Assembly: GCA_004022145.1 (NCBI GenBank)
Contig: RCNU01000002.1
Reading direction: 5' to 3' (one strand)
DNA length: 64,000 nucleotides
From: Paecilomyces variotii
Lineage: Eukaryota
Part shown: positions 51,843 to 64,000 of the stretch, in pieces
Position numbering within the stretch: position 1 is the stretch's first letter
Layout: every line of letters starts with the position of its first letter
Made by a program: the position numbers and the translations under genes
Notes under the pieces: model-generated
The model's input: the letters and a program-made list of their open reading frames with translations, nothing else
What the model was told of the DNA's origin: nothing
Database searches by the model: none

Positions 51843-52579
51843 CTATGAGTGTATTTATTTAGTATATATCGAATAGGTTTAACAAAAACAGAAAAAAGAA
51901 AAAGGAATAAATGTAGAATAGACTATTGGCACGATATTAACATTTATTATTATATTACATACAAGTGCCACAAACTTCGCCCCGTCCGTCAAGCTTCCCG
52001 CTCCCAAAGTAACAAGGAGATCCGCATTGACAGCGCGTGCATCCGTGGCGATCCCTTTCTGTCATGGTTTTGTCTGTATTTAATTTAGAAACTCATTGGA
52101 TGGTGTTTTGGGGATGAGGGAAGTTCAATAGTAATGATGTATGGGGAAGAAGACGACCAACGACATATCTAATGCGGGGTTAGCATAAGTATTGAGAATT
52201 ATTATTCGTCCACTTCTATAAGTATAGAATGGATATCTAAGCCCCTGATATTGCCCACTAGTTAAGCATTCATAGTACACAACGTACTAATTAACTAACA
52301 AGCATATAACTATACGTGGAGCCAATGGGCACGCCAAATGCGGGACAGAAGTTTTGAGCATACGGGACGATATGATTATGCAAGACATGAACGTAGATAT
52401 ATATTTATATATGAGATTGACAACTTATCCAGGATATTTAAGTACAGCAGACCGCCAAGACTCCTTGCATGCATGATGACAGAAGAAAACGAGCCTTTTT
52501 TTTGAAGTACATGAAACAGTAGCTGATTTATTTTTCTGCCCTCCAGCAGTGAAAACATACATCAATACATGTCCGAAAT

Positions 52580-55040
52580 TTACTGCGCCTGCTTGGCCAG
52601 CAGGTTGAGCGCGCTACCAGCGAGGATGAAGCCACACTGGTCCTTGCTCAGAGTGTGCTTGACTGGAATCGTCAGGGTTTCGCCAGTCTCGCGCTTCTGC
52701 ACGCGCAGCTGGATCTCGCCCTGTCCACCGGCCTTGAGCACATCGTACAAGCCCACGGTGTCAACAATGTCGTTGGCATCGATGCGGTCGTAGTCAGCCT
52801 TGTCCGCAAAAGTCAATGGCACGACACCCTGCTTCTTCAAGTTGGTCTCGTGGATTCGAGCGAAGCTCTTGGCCACAATGATACGGCCACCCAGGTAACG
52901 AGGCTGCAGAGCAGCGTGCTCACGGGCACTGCCCTCACCGTAGTTATCCTCAGCAACGACGAGCCACTCGATGCCAGAGTCCTTCCACTTGGCAGCCAGA
53001 TCCGGAATCGAGTACTTCGCGCCAGCCTCATCGTAGGCCACGTTAGTCTCGCCCGTAGCAGCGTTGACGGCACCGATCAGGGTGTTGGCAGCGATGTTAG
53101 GCAGGTGACCCTTGTACTTGAGCCAGGGACCAGCGGCCGAGATGGTATCAGTCGTGCACTGACCCTTGACCTTGTAAAGCACTCGAAGGGCCGACAGATC
53201 TCCGGCAGGGAAGGGAGCGAAGGGATCCAACTTGGCGAGACGTTCCGATGTGGGAGAGATAACGACTTCCACGGAAGGGTCTGGGACTGCTGCCGTGGGC
53301 TGGAAGGCCGGGTTGCCAGACTCAAAGCCCGCGCTTGGCAGGTCAGATCCTTGAGGCGGGGCGAAACGGAACTCCTCGCCACTTGGAGTGGTGATAGCAT
53401 CCTTCATCGGGTTGAAGGTCGTGCTGCCGGCATAGGCCATAGCAGTCACAACCTCGGGGGACGCCAGGAAGTTCATGGTACGTCGGTTTCCATCGTTACG
53501 ACCAGGGAAGTTGCGGTTGTATGAGGTCAGGATAGCATTGTCCTCACCCTTACCAACGCCGTCAGTGCGCTTCCACTGCCCGATACAAGGACCACACGCG
53601 TTGGCTAGCACTACACCACCCGCTTCAGAGAAGGTGTTCAGAGTCTGGTCACGCTCCAAGGTAGCACGGATCTGCTCGCTTCCAGGGGTAATGAAGAAAT
53701 CGGCTTTGGGCTTGAGGCCCGCAGCGGATGCCTGTTTGACGAGATGCTCTGCGCGGGTCATGTCCTCATACGAGCTGTTGGTGCAGCTACCGATCAAGCC
53801 GGCTCCGAGGGACTCGGGCCACTTCTTCTCCCGGACGGTGTCCGCAAAAGCCGACAGGGGAACGGACAGGTCAGGGGTGAAGGGACCGTTGATGTGAGGC
53901 TCCAGTTCAGAGAGATTGATCGTGATGAGCTGGTCATACTCCGCCTGGGGATCAGCGCGGAGCAGACTATGCGGGCCCGAAGCTGCGATCTCAGAAGCTG
54001 CCTTAGCGACGTGGCCGCGGTGCGTGGCCTCGAGATAGGGCACATGGTTCGGCGAGAAGGGGAAGAGAGAGGTGGTGGCACCCACTTCCGCGCCCATGTT
54101 GCAGATGGTAGCCATACCGGTGCAGCTGAGCGTCTCAACACCAGGGCCGTGGTATTCGATCACGAAGCCCGTACCGCCACGGACAGTCAGCTTGCCGGCT
54201 AGGTGAAGGATGATATCCTTCGGGGACGTCCAGCCGCTGAGCTTGCCCTCCAAACGAACACCGAGAATCTTAGGGGCCTTGAGTTCCCAGGGCGCATCGA
54301 CAAGGGCATCGACGGCATCAGCACCTCCGACACCAATGGCAATAGCTCCCAGACCACCTGCGTTGGGCGTGTGGCTGTCGGTACCCAGCATCATCAGACC
54401 AGGGGCAGAGTAGTTCTCCAGCACAGTCTGGTGGATGATACCAGCACCAGGAGGCCAGAACTCGATTCCATAGCGCTTAGCAGCAGACTCGAGGAAGTCA
54501 AAGACCTCCTTGTTTCCCTGGATGGAGGCTGGCAGATCCGTATCGGCACCGCGCTCACCCACAATCATATGATCACAGTGGATACTAGCAGGAACAGCAG
54601 TCGAAGGCAGACCGCAGGACATAAACTGGAGCAGCGCCATCTGGGCAGAGGCATCCTGCATGGCAACACGGTCCGGCTTCAGCTTGAGGTTGGCGCGCCC
54701 TCGGATGTCACGACCATTGTTCGTATCGGAGAGCAGTGACTCCTCCGGGTTGGCCAGATGGGCGTAGAGAATCTTCTCCGCGAGTGTCAGGGCCCGCTGA
54801 GAGCCCAGCACCCGTCGCACCTCCTCGAGGTTTCGTACAATCTTAGGATAAGGCGGAGAGCGCGACGAAGCCGCCTCCGTTGCGAGGGTGCGCCTGTGCA
54901 GACCGGGTCGCGGCGTAAGGCATGGTGCCAGCTGTAGATGGACACAAGATATCAGTAAACAAACTCAGCGGAAACGATTCTACAGAGACACTCACCCTGC
55001 GCGAGGCCGTGGCCCTCTGCCAGATCAACTGCCTCACCAT
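52580..55040 (-). CDS. acoB: Mitochondrial aconitase-family protein (AcoB/Aco2 type), 2 exons
   Basis: DRVAMQDASAQMALLQF, HCDH, GTDSHTPNAGG, LIGSCTNSSYED, ANACGPCIGQW and NYGEGSAREHAA; R-rich targeting peptide. DASAQ and GSAREH variants fit the Aco2/AcoB paralogue. Confidence 0.92.
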
Positions 55041-55407
55041 CTCGATCCGTTGTCGTGAGGAATGGGGGAGTTGGAAGTCCGAGTCTCGAACTTTTAGGGC
55101 TTTTTTCCCCCGATGTTTTTTACGCCTTCCCTGATTGGCCAACGGCAAAGGCCGACCTCGGAGATCTTCATGAAGGACGAAAGCATGAGATGGCGCAATT
55201 ATTTTATTATTTTTTATTGACACAAAAGCTCAAGCAAATTAAATTCCACTGTAGGCTACTTTCTATGCTACAAGCCGTGATATATGACTGAGACAGAAGG
55301 GGTGTGTAAAGCATCATTGCGCCGTCAACGCCAGTCCGGATCCAAAGATAATACCTCCAGATGATCCCTCAACAGATAATGAGACGAGCCAGACGACAGA
55401 GGCGCAC

Positions 55408-57197
55408 TCAGGCCTCCGTCTCGCTCTGTTTCCCGTCTTCCCTCTCTACAAGCGACGTGCGCAGATCGTACACGAGATCGTAGCACTCGGCCAAGAGCGC
55501 GTTGATACTCGCCTGGCCCTCCGGAATGTCGCTTCCGACATAGAACTTGCCATCAACTCTCATGTTGTCGATGGAGTTCAGCTACAAATTGTCAGCGTCT
55601 ACACTTTTACTACATACTCTTCTACGGCAGAATGCTCACCTTCATACTGTACGGATACAGTTCGCGCGTGTTGGAGACCCCGCCAGATTCCTTGACCTCA
55701 ATCAGACAGCGCCGCAGCGTCTGCAGCTGGTTGAAGATTGGCAGTAAAGCCTCTGAGACAGGCTCGGACGAGATGAGGAGCGCGTAGATATACGCATAAC
55801 TCCGCCGGATCAGGTAAAGCAATGTCTGGCCAGGCATCAGTATGTTTTTTTTCCCGGGGTCTCACAAAGTCATGCATACCCGTTGCGCGTGAAGATCGGC
55901 CGGTTGCCCTAAGGCATCAACAAAGTTCCCATCGACCCGTGCCTCGTCGATACGGTCGAGCTTTCTCTGGTACTGGAAAAGATCCGTCTCTCGCAAGGAC
56001 CACGCCTGGGTGACAGATAGGCGGTCCAATTGGTTACGAATCTCGACCAATCGCTCATACGGTTCGCGGAACCGCTCATCGATCTTTCCTTGTCTGTCCC
56101 TTGTCAGGATATTCAGTCACCTCATGGTTTGTAGGGAGCAATTGCATACCGCTCCAGGACCAATTCAGACCACTTCCAACATCGTTCCAGCAATGCCTTG
56201 ACAAAATCTTGGCCCTTCAACGGGATACCGTCTGCTCCCACGAAGTTGCCATCCTTCAAGGTCGCCTCAATCTTCTTTAGCTGCTCTTGATAACTTCGCA
56301 CTTCGGAGACGGAGAACTATACAACGGAATCAGCGGCTGCCTTTCTCTCCTAGCAGTGTACAAGGACTCCCACCTGAGAACGGGTGTTCGCGGCCGAGGT
56401 AGATCGCAGAATCGAAACAAGCGTTTCATGGGTGGGCGCCAGCTCCGGGTCCAGAGTCGCAAGCTCTGCGTGCAGCTTGTCCAAGAGGTTCTGGCATTGC
56501 ACCAGCCGGCTCTCCAGGAGCTTCAGCAGATGTGGTGAATAGGTATTCCGGCCTCGGTCCAATGTCTGGCGCATATTCTTGAGAGTGTTGGTGATCGAAT
56601 CTAGGTCTTTGGCGCTGTAGAAGCCGGCTTCTTCGAGGTGGTCCAACAAGCGCTGGGGAGAGTCAGAGGAACTGATTCGCAGCGGGTGAAGGGAGTCAGA
56701 ATAGAGCAATACCTGAACAGTGGTCGCCAGCGAATATCTGCAAGAAAACAAAAAGGATCGCATGTTAGCCAGTCGGCGCTGCTACTTCTCTGGTACCGCA
56801 ATCACTTACACAGCAGGTGCTTCATTGTTCTTCCCAACGGTCAAGAACAGCAACGAAATCAGCTGAAAGCAATCATCGAGCACGTAGTCCACTGTACAAA
56901 AGCCGCAGCCAAGCAGTCAGCCATATGTCCTTTCATTCCATTATATATCATCACGCGCAGGCCCACTCAGTGCTAACGTCGATTGTAAGGGCGCCGCCGG
57001 TCCTGGTCCTTGCGGACGCTATTAAGCCTCTCAACTTCAGAAACGACCTGCTCGTAGAACGGAATCACATCACGAGACTTGATGTAGGAGGACTTATCCT
57101 GCTTCAACAGCAAGAGTCCGTCGCGGATGCGAATGAGGTTCTCGAGGATGGGCTGCTCGTGCGGATCAAGCGGGACGGGCACGGCGGGGGATTCCAT
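55408..57197 (-). CDS. UPF0662 / DUF2408 protein (yeast YPL260W-like), multi-exon
   Basis: LLLLKQDKSSYIKSRDV, RLLDHLEEAG, QAWSLRETDLFQYQRKL, LLISSEPVSEALLPIFNQLQTLRRCL and RELYPYSMKL. Confidence 0.88.
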
Positions 57198-57648
57198 GGC
57201 GGGATCGAATGATCAGTTGGGAGGAAGGGAGGATTAATGCATGCGCGTAGATGGAAACGAGAGGATGGTTGAGCTTCCGGGCGACTGGTCAATCACAGAG
57301 ATGGCAGTGCAGGCAATCCAGGCGATAGTTAAGTGGTTAGACTAACTAGTAGTTAGAGTAGAGTAGAGTAGAGTAGATAGATAGATAGTTACAATGAAGC
57401 CATCCATTATTATTCATGATCGGCTATGATGGCATCCGCTTTCCAGCTTTCGTTCCCGCCGAGGGGTCGCCAAGGCGCTAGGCCGCATTCGGGCGGCACG
57501 CGGTCTCGTCTAAGCGAGGGCTTTTTCCGCACACACTTTAGATCCAACCTGACACTATAGATCAAGATCGAACTTCGAGCTCGTCTTCAACTTCCCTCTC
57601 ACCACCCGCTCCCCTCGAGACTTCATCGCCAGTCCGACCTCGACCACC

Positions 57649-58326
57649 ATGTCTCACGCCGAGCTCGCTGTTTCCTACGCGGCCCTGATCCTCGCCGACG
57701 ATGGCGTTGAGATCACCGTACGTGAATTCCCTCTCCTGTGATTGTTCACAAAAAATTCGCTGCATGGGATAATGGTTTATACAATGACTGGGATTGCAAA
57801 AAAGAGGAGGGGCACAGCGAAAGATGCAAAGGAAGATCGGCATCGTGATCGCAACAATTGACTGACTCGTGTGCTCTACAACAGGCCGACAAGCTCCAGA
57901 CCATCCTGGGTGCCGCCAAGGTCCAGGAAGTTGAGCCCATCTGGACTCAGCTCTTCGCCAAGGTAAATTGCGCATGATTCTTGCGGTGTCGCACAGGTGG
58001 CCTGCTTTATTTCCCCCGGGAATCCGCGCTGATCACACCATCATGATAGGCTCTTGAGGGCAAGGACGTCAAGGACCTCCTGACCAACGTTGGCTCTGGT
58101 GGTGCCGCCGCCGCCCCCGTTGCTGGCGGTGCTGTCGCTGCTGATGCCGCTCCCGCCGCGGCCGCCGCTGAGGAGAAGAAGGAGGAGGGTACGTGTTTCT
58201 TGACTCCGGACTGGCAGATTTTTCTCATGCCACCCGGATATCGCCCCCAGACCGTGGACTATACTAACTGCGAATACAGAGAAGGAGGAGTCCGACGAGG
58301 ACATGGGCTTCGGTCTGTTCGACTAA
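57649..58326 (+). CDS. RPP1: 60S acidic ribosomal protein P1, 4 exons
   Basis: [60 protein letters not shown]...[16 protein letters not shown]. Confidence 0.97.
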
Positions 58327-59136
58327 GCGCATTCCTATATCGTTTCCTTGCTTCTGTTCCATGTTTCCTCGTTTCTTCTGTATCGTGCAACGACACCGGT
58401 CACCATGATGGGACGGAAAAAATTATCAATGGGGGGTTCTCTCTGGACACTGGGCGCAACCCGCGCAGGCTGGTGCGAAGGCTAGGAAATGGAAAATACC
58501 GGACGGGTGGATACAAGGTGCTGGGATTGGGATGCCGCTGGGATTTCTGCTCTTCAATCGCCGCCGCCATAGGGACATGACGTGCAACCGGAGTGGACTG
58601 GTCGTGCTGTGAAAACAAATGTTCGAGAAATTCCTGCTTCTGCTAGTTGTAGCTAGGGTTGCCCAGATTCTTCATGTTACGTATGAAATGCGACCATGAA
58701 ACAGGATCCCGTCTGGATGTTCAGTCCAGTGTCCATATTTTGATTTTGATTGTTTACCGTCCCTCCTTTTTCCCCCTTCCGTCCCATATACGACATCACA
58801 GCCTCTCGCTGAGAGATCCTCCCGTAAGATATAAAGAGATGTAAAGCCCATACATACATATACACGAGTAAATGCCTGATTTCATCTCCGCAGTGAAACA
58901 ACAGAATGACACGATAACAAAACAGCAATTTTTGGGCCCTTCCCGTATGCCATACACTCCTCTCAGCTGAATATATATGAAAATTCCGAAATGCATGGAA
59001 AAGACACAGGATAAACGATGCAGTTGAGAAAAAAAAAGCAAAAACACTAGGAACAGTAAAAGGGTAAATGACTGACACGGACCTCAGCCATCAATGTCGA
59101 CATCGATGGCGTACAACTCCGGAGACTGGTAGCCTA

Positions 59137-60400
59137 CTAGGCTACTGCTGAAAATTGTCGCTGTCCTGCGGCGTACAGGCGGAACTGTCCGAAAATCGTG
59201 ACGTCCTCAACCATGGTGCCCAGCGAACCGATCAACCATGGGATGTTGGTGATAACATAGTCTCTTGCAGTAGAGTGGCAGAGGATCTGGTCGCGGCACG
59301 GGTGGTCAGCTACGCTCATTGGTGATATTAATGTATCCAAATTACAGCATATAACTTACCCCTGCACCGTAGGTGAGGTTGCCTAGAAGGGAAAGGATGA
59401 AGAAGAGAAGGGAGAGTCCTAGATAATAGTTCGAGGATTAGCATCTGATGTCCTAGTGACGTCGCTGTCGTGGATAAATACCTTCGCATGACTTCTCGCG
59501 GTAGTTTTTATAGATCTGAGGCAAGCGCGCACTGTTGTCTTGGTCAGCATAAATCCACCAGAACTTGATGGTATGTGCACTGATAAAGTCCACCCACCTC
59601 AGATAGCACAGGGCACTGGCATATCCCAACACTTGCGCTCCCGCAACCATGTCCTTTTCGCCGTCGTGTTCTTGAGGAGCTGGTGTCCAAGCTCCCGTCT
59701 GCCAGGCAATTACCCATCCGGCCGCGCCAATTCCACAAATGGCGATCACGCTGAGTACGTTCTTCGTCCAGGCTTGACGACCAGACTCGGTCTCCTCGAC
59801 GATCTTAGCCAATGCGTCCTCCGGCTGACTAACACGCCGCTGCTGGCCATCGTTTATGGAGGAGCTCGACAGACCCCCGTTGTCGCTCATGCGTCGTCCC
59901 AGCAGAGGAGTAGTGGGATCGGGGGTGGATGAGCGTCGTCGGTGAGCCTCATGGCGTGCATTGCGATATTTGTAGTAAAGACATTGAGAAATCAGGACAC
60001 CGTCCGCGATACAGAAGTAAACGGCAATGGCAACTATGACCGGCACCAGTCCGGCCCAAGCAGCTCCGATCAAATTGGTCACGTCGCCGACGAACCATAC
60101 AAAGAGAAAGGCAAGCGAGACGGCCTCCGCGCTTCCATTGCGATAATTCTCAATTAACTGGGGAACCTGTGTCAAGTCTGTCAGAATATACGACCTCGTG
60201 TATTGCCTCCATCGAGGTTATCTGGTGGACAGGATGCCTTATCACCCCACTACCACCGATCGAGATCGGGAAGCACATACCAGGAGGAATATCCAGCAAG
60301 TCAGGGAAATCGAGCCCAAGATCCCTGAAGCAGCTTCGCGAGGTGTCAATGGCACTGGTTCCGTCGAACCAGTGCTTCTGTTTCGCAGCATGATATCCAT
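59137..60400 (-). CDS. PQ-loop vacuolar amino-acid transporter (Ypq/PQLC2-like), multi-exon
   Basis: GSISLTCWIFLLVPQLIENY, SLAFLFVWFVGDVTNLIG, ARLPQIYKNY...SCEGLS and NIPWLIGSLGT; two PQ motifs. Confidence 0.9.
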
Positions 60401-60689
60401 TTTTCAGGTCGTCGCCCCGAACGAGGTTAAGGCGAGTATATGACCTCGATGAACGGTGACGTCGGGGAGGCGAAGTTATGGTCGGAGATCGCCTCAAGGA
60501 CTAAATGCCCGTACTGAACTGAAAATACAAAATCGCATGAGGATCTCAAGAGGATCAATCCTTCCTGCCAGTGATCGGGACCGCGTGAGACGAGAAACGG
60601 GGAGAAGAGATTGCACCTCGTGCGCGCAAAGGCCTACCAAAACGATGGCGCGGTTACATCGGCGGCCTGAGGCGTCCACCCCCAGATAG

Positions 60690-60731
60690 TGACTCATCAC
60701 GTGGATCCGCTCCGATAAGGGCGCGCTTATC
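60690..60731. promoter_or_regulatory. Candidate CpcA/Gcn4 site, E-box and inverted GATAAG pair upstream of the PQ-loop gene
   Basis: TGACTCA 60690-60696, CACGTG 60698-60703, GATAAG 60714-60719 and CTTATC 60726-60731, about 300 bp upstream of ATG 60400. Confidence 0.45.
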
Positions 60732-60888
60732 AGTTGACTTCAGTATTTTAGTATGCAGTTACTAATGCTTCTATTGGTCCTCGAATGCAAAACAAGGGTA
60801 TCTCTATCAATAATTTTAGTTGGGCTTCCCGATATATATATTTTACATGCAGTCATCTCAGTTCATGTTCCAAGCGCAACTTGCCCAC

Positions 60889-63111
60889 TCAAGGAGAGGG
60901 GCCGTCGGCGTCGTTGAGCTCGTCATCCTGCAGCCGTAGTTCATCCTCGAGCATCTCAACAACTATGTCTCCCACGGCTTCTCGCACAGGACCGTGAAGC
61001 AAGCCGTCTCTGGCAGATTCCGGTTCAATAGCGCTGAGCGCTTCTACGTAGTCGATTAACGGCGAGAAACCGATTGCATCGCCCCAATTCCCCCGGTCAA
61101 CGCCGTGCTGACGGAGGAAACCCTGTAGGTTCTCCAGTCCGGGACCAAGCAGCCACTGTCTCAGTAGAGGTTGGTTTTCACTAGATGGGCGCTGCTCGGA
61201 GTCTTCGAGTTCCGTGGGATCACCAGGAGGAACGTCCTCTTCAGTCAGCTCCTCGTCACCATCCCGTCGGAATCGCGGGAAGTGAAGCATTCCATTGTTT
61301 AGCTGATCCATTAAGTCGCGTAGCCATTGCGGACGCCCTAGCTCGGCGGTCTGAGCGAGGTACGATGGCGTCGGATCGGATTGCTGGCGGAAAGCTTCAG
61401 AATCGTACGGCGGCAGAGGGTCAGAGGCGGAGATGCGTCCAGATAGAAATCGCCCCGGCAAATGTGTCGTTACACTGGGGACGTCGGAGAGAACCACGTG
61501 ACGTGCAATGTCCAGTGTGATCTCTGGTGGCTCGACAGGTTCTTCCTTCTCGGGAAGAGTATCTGCCACTTCAACAATAAGGGAGATGGCCTCCGGTGTA
61601 TTCCAGAGATCCTTGGCACGGGCCATATAGAGCTCACAGAGAAGCTCTTGTGACTGCGTAGGAGGCATTTTGCCCCAGATACGTTTCGGCATTGGCTGGA
61701 CATCGAGTTCCTGCGCCAACTTGCAGAACACCCATGGGTACCGTAACATTGCCAGGCGAAGTTGCTCCCGGCATTCTTTTGGTTTGTCATGACGAAGGTA
61801 AGCCAGAGCAAGAGAACACTGAATATTCGGGAACTGCTCCCAGCGCCTGCTGAACAACGTCTGTGTGCACAATTCGATGAAATGTTCATATTGTCGACCT
61901 CGAAGGGCCAAATGATCAATTACAAGGTTGACACAATATGGATCATCCAAGTCGAGGCTGAGCAGTAATTTAGCCCACTCATATGCCGTTCGCCAAGTGC
62001 CCTTCATTCCGAGGTTCGCAATATATCTCCAACCGACCAGCCAGAGCTCACGATTTGCAGCGTGCTTGAATTCGAGTCTTGCTTTTCCTTCTTTCAGCTG
62101 GTTCCCGAAAGACGAATGGGCGGACCGTCCGATGTTGAAGAGTGCTCGCTCGAGTAAGTCCGCAGAGACAGCGTGATCACCTTGGTGCTTGGCGATATCC
62201 GAGACTTGAAGAAGAGTCGAAATGTGGTAGGGATTGTACTGTAGAAGATGAATCAATCTCTGCGGGTCCATGGATTCCACACACATATCGAACTGCCTCT
62301 GTACATCCTCATATCCGGGGTTATGGAGTATTTTGTAGACAGTAGCACCGGTTGGCAGTTTCTCCACGACCTCCATGCCTAAGCCTCCGCTTGGGGCTCG
62401 TGGCCACTCGTCTTTACCTTGCATGAGGACATTTCTCCGCAGTGCCACTCCTGCCAGACTCTGACCTCTGCTAGCTGGGCTGTAAGCGCCTGTCAGGGCG
62501 CGTCCCAAGTCAACCATTTCTCGGTTCCTATCTCTTCGTCGACCAGTACCAGCACCTGATGGCTGGTCAAAGGATTCGAGCGCGACATTTCCGAACAACT
62601 TGCGCATCTCATTCACGGCATTCAGAAATTTAGGTTCGATCGAAAGGAGTTCGTCGGCCGTCTTTGGGAATGGCGTCTGCTGTGCATTATCGAGCCGAGC
62701 GGCACCCTCATCTGCAGTAGTTGAGGGGTTCTGCCCAGCTGACAGTTCTTTCAAAGCTTTATCAATCTCGTCTAGTTCTGTGTCATCGGATCCAGGGCGG
62801 TTGTCTTCGGTTGGCTTGGCGGCCTTCTTTTTCTTCTTCTTCTTGTTCTTCTTCTTAGAGGCAGTTGATGAAATCGAGACTGGCTTTGGTTCTGAGGGCA
62901 GAGGTGCTGTCTCCAAGGGAGCTTCGTCCGATTCTTCGTCTTCGTCTTCCCCCGCATTTAGCAGGTCAAATGCATTGAACTTTGGTTTCGACGGCTGCTT
63001 CTCAACCTCCTCTTCACTGGATTCCTCTTCTCCCTCATCCTCATGTAGCACAGCATGCAGTGCTTCCTGCTCGCGCTGCTTTTGCAGCTTCCGCAGAGCA
63101 CGCGTCGACAT
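60889..63111 (-). CDS. RQC1: Ribosome quality control factor Rqc1 / TCF25 (Nulp1) family, single exon
   Basis: MSTRALRKL start, acidic and poly-K N-terminus, LLQYNPYHISTLLQVS, ADLLERALF and RTAYEWAKLLLSLD. Confidence 0.9.
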   Translation of the reverse strand: MSTRALRKLQKQREQEALHAVLHEDEGEEESSEEEVEKQPSKPKFNAFDLLNAGEDEDEESDEAPLETAPLPSEPKPVSISSTASKKKNKKKKKKKAAKPTEDNRPGSDDTELDEIDKALKELSAGQNPSTTADEGAARLDNAQQTPFPKTADELLSIEPKFLNAVNEMRKLFGNVALESFDQPSGAGTGRRRDRNREMVDLGRALTGAYSPASRGQSLAGVALRRNVLMQGKDEWPRAPSGGLGMEVVEKLPTGATVYKILHNPGYEDVQRQFDMCVESMDPQRLIHLLQYNPYHISTLLQVSDIAKHQGDHAVSADLLERALFNIGRSAHSSFGNQLKEGKARLEFKHAANRELWLVGWRYIANLGMKGTWRTAYEWAKLLLSLDLDDPYCVNLVIDHLALRGRQYEHFIELCTQTLFSRRWEQFPNIQCSLALAYLRHDKPKECREQLRLAMLRYPWVFCKLAQELDVQPMPKRIWGKMPPTQSQELLCELYMARAKDLWNTPEAISLIVEVADTLPEKEEPVEPPEITLDIARHVVLSDVPSVTTHLPGRFLSGRISASDPLPPYDSEAFRQQSDPTPSYLAQTAELGRPQWLRDLMDQLNNGMLHFPRFRRDGDEELTEEDVPPGDPTELEDSEQRPSSENQPLLRQWLLGPGLENLQGFLRQHGVDRGNWGDAIGFSPLIDYVEALSAIEPESARDGLLHGPVREAVGDIVVEMLEDELRLQDDELNDADGPSP

Positions 63112-63578
63112 CGGAACTGTTGCGAGAAGGGTGAATCACGCGACTTCAAGAATATTCGCAGACAATTGCATCGACACAGGTGGTTTGTAAGCACCTAGAA
63201 TGAGGGTATGAGGGTATGGGAATATGAGGATATGACCTGTAGACGGTTGTGGCGTGCTGGTTCTAATTGCAGTCTTGCTGCAGTCCTGGTCTCTTTCCCC
63301 TCCGGCCTCCGCAGTCATTAATTATTTCAGGCCCCGCCGGTGGCAGTGACGGCATCACCTAATTGGGATTAGCGTGAAGTTGTACCATAGAAAACATTTG
63401 GAATGAGTAAGCAGAATCGATTATGTCATATCACGTGACCACATTCCCACGTGACTCGTTCCTGCCCGGATCCTCCTGCTGTCCGAGCTCCGTTGCTCCA
63501 TCTCGGCTTCAGTTGGCGACGCATCAACTTCATGGTGTCCTGGACCGCCTGCTCCGCTATCGAGCCTTTATCATTTCA

Positions 63579-64000
63579 ATGAGTCGCGCGGCAATCCAGG
63601 CTTTCCGTACTGCGCGCCGTGCTCCAGTATGGAAGGTCGCAGGTAGAAGACCTCGCGCCGTCTCGTTCTCCAGCAGCCATGCATTAAGCATTCGACCGTC
63701 ATCCTCGGCTGGGAAACACTCCACATTCATCCCGGCGTCATTACAGTCGTCTATGCATCTCCGCAACTTTTCCCTGGCCTTTATCTCAACTCTAGTCGCC
63801 TCCGGGGCCTGGTACGCATACAAGGGGAGCACTGCACAGCAGACCGCTTTCTCCAACGGAATCAACGGAACATCCATCTCGAGCCCTGCTTTCCAATCTC
63901 GGAGCATCTCGACGGGCCCTTCTGGAACAGAGCCAGAAGAGCCAGCGCAAGCAACACGCCGTGCTCTCTTGGTAGAGAATGATCAATTCTACACCGCTAC
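63579..64000 (+). CDS. 5' part of a mitochondrially targeted protein, probably PP2C / pyruvate dehydrogenase phosphatase (Ptc5-like); runs off the window
   Basis: Open frame from ATG 63579 to the window end: R/S-rich presequence, hydrophobic FSLAFISTLVASGAWYAY, then RRALLVENDQFYTA. Identity rests on recalled N-terminal similarity; the catalytic domain is outside the window. Confidence 0.6.
   Translation, partial: MSRAAIQAFRTARRAPVWKVAGRRPRAVSFSSSHALSIRPSSSAGKHSTFIPASLQSSMHLRNFSLAFISTLVASGAWYAYKGSTAQQTAFSNGINGTSISSPAFQSRSISTGPSGTEPEEPAQATRRALLVENDQFYTA

Overview
Eukaryotic, intron-containing DNA from a filamentous ascomycete, most likely Eurotiales (Aspergillus-like); species not determinable. 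Most short ORFs in the supplied track are antisense shadows or intron-broken exons. The backbone is housekeeping genes: GGA adaptor, TSR3, metacaspase, CCT7, Spt10, F-box/LRR protein, RPS26, CBS/PB1 protein, importin beta-3, AcoB/Aco2-type aconitase, UPF0662, RPP1, PQ-loop transporter, Rqc1 and the 5' end of a probable mitochondrial PP2C. Accessory-looking material is interspersed: a DHA1 MFS transporter, a LanC-like enzyme, an intronless solo Gag-like CCHC protein without LTRs or pol, a PTH11-like membrane protein with a repetitive tail, an NmrA-like reductase, a 5'-truncated Fe-ADH remnant, and two small non-autonomous DNA transposons (Tc1/pogo-type and hAT-type). The best novelty candidates are the solo Gag-like gene, the five LELSDVGG-type tail repeats, the LanC-like gene whose catalytic-His motif lies in a 14-nt micro-exon, and an uncharacterised regulator-like gene in a ~10 kb gene-poor region. 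Gene models were read by eye, so internal exon limits are approximate unless given. No tRNA, rRNA or CRISPR array was found.
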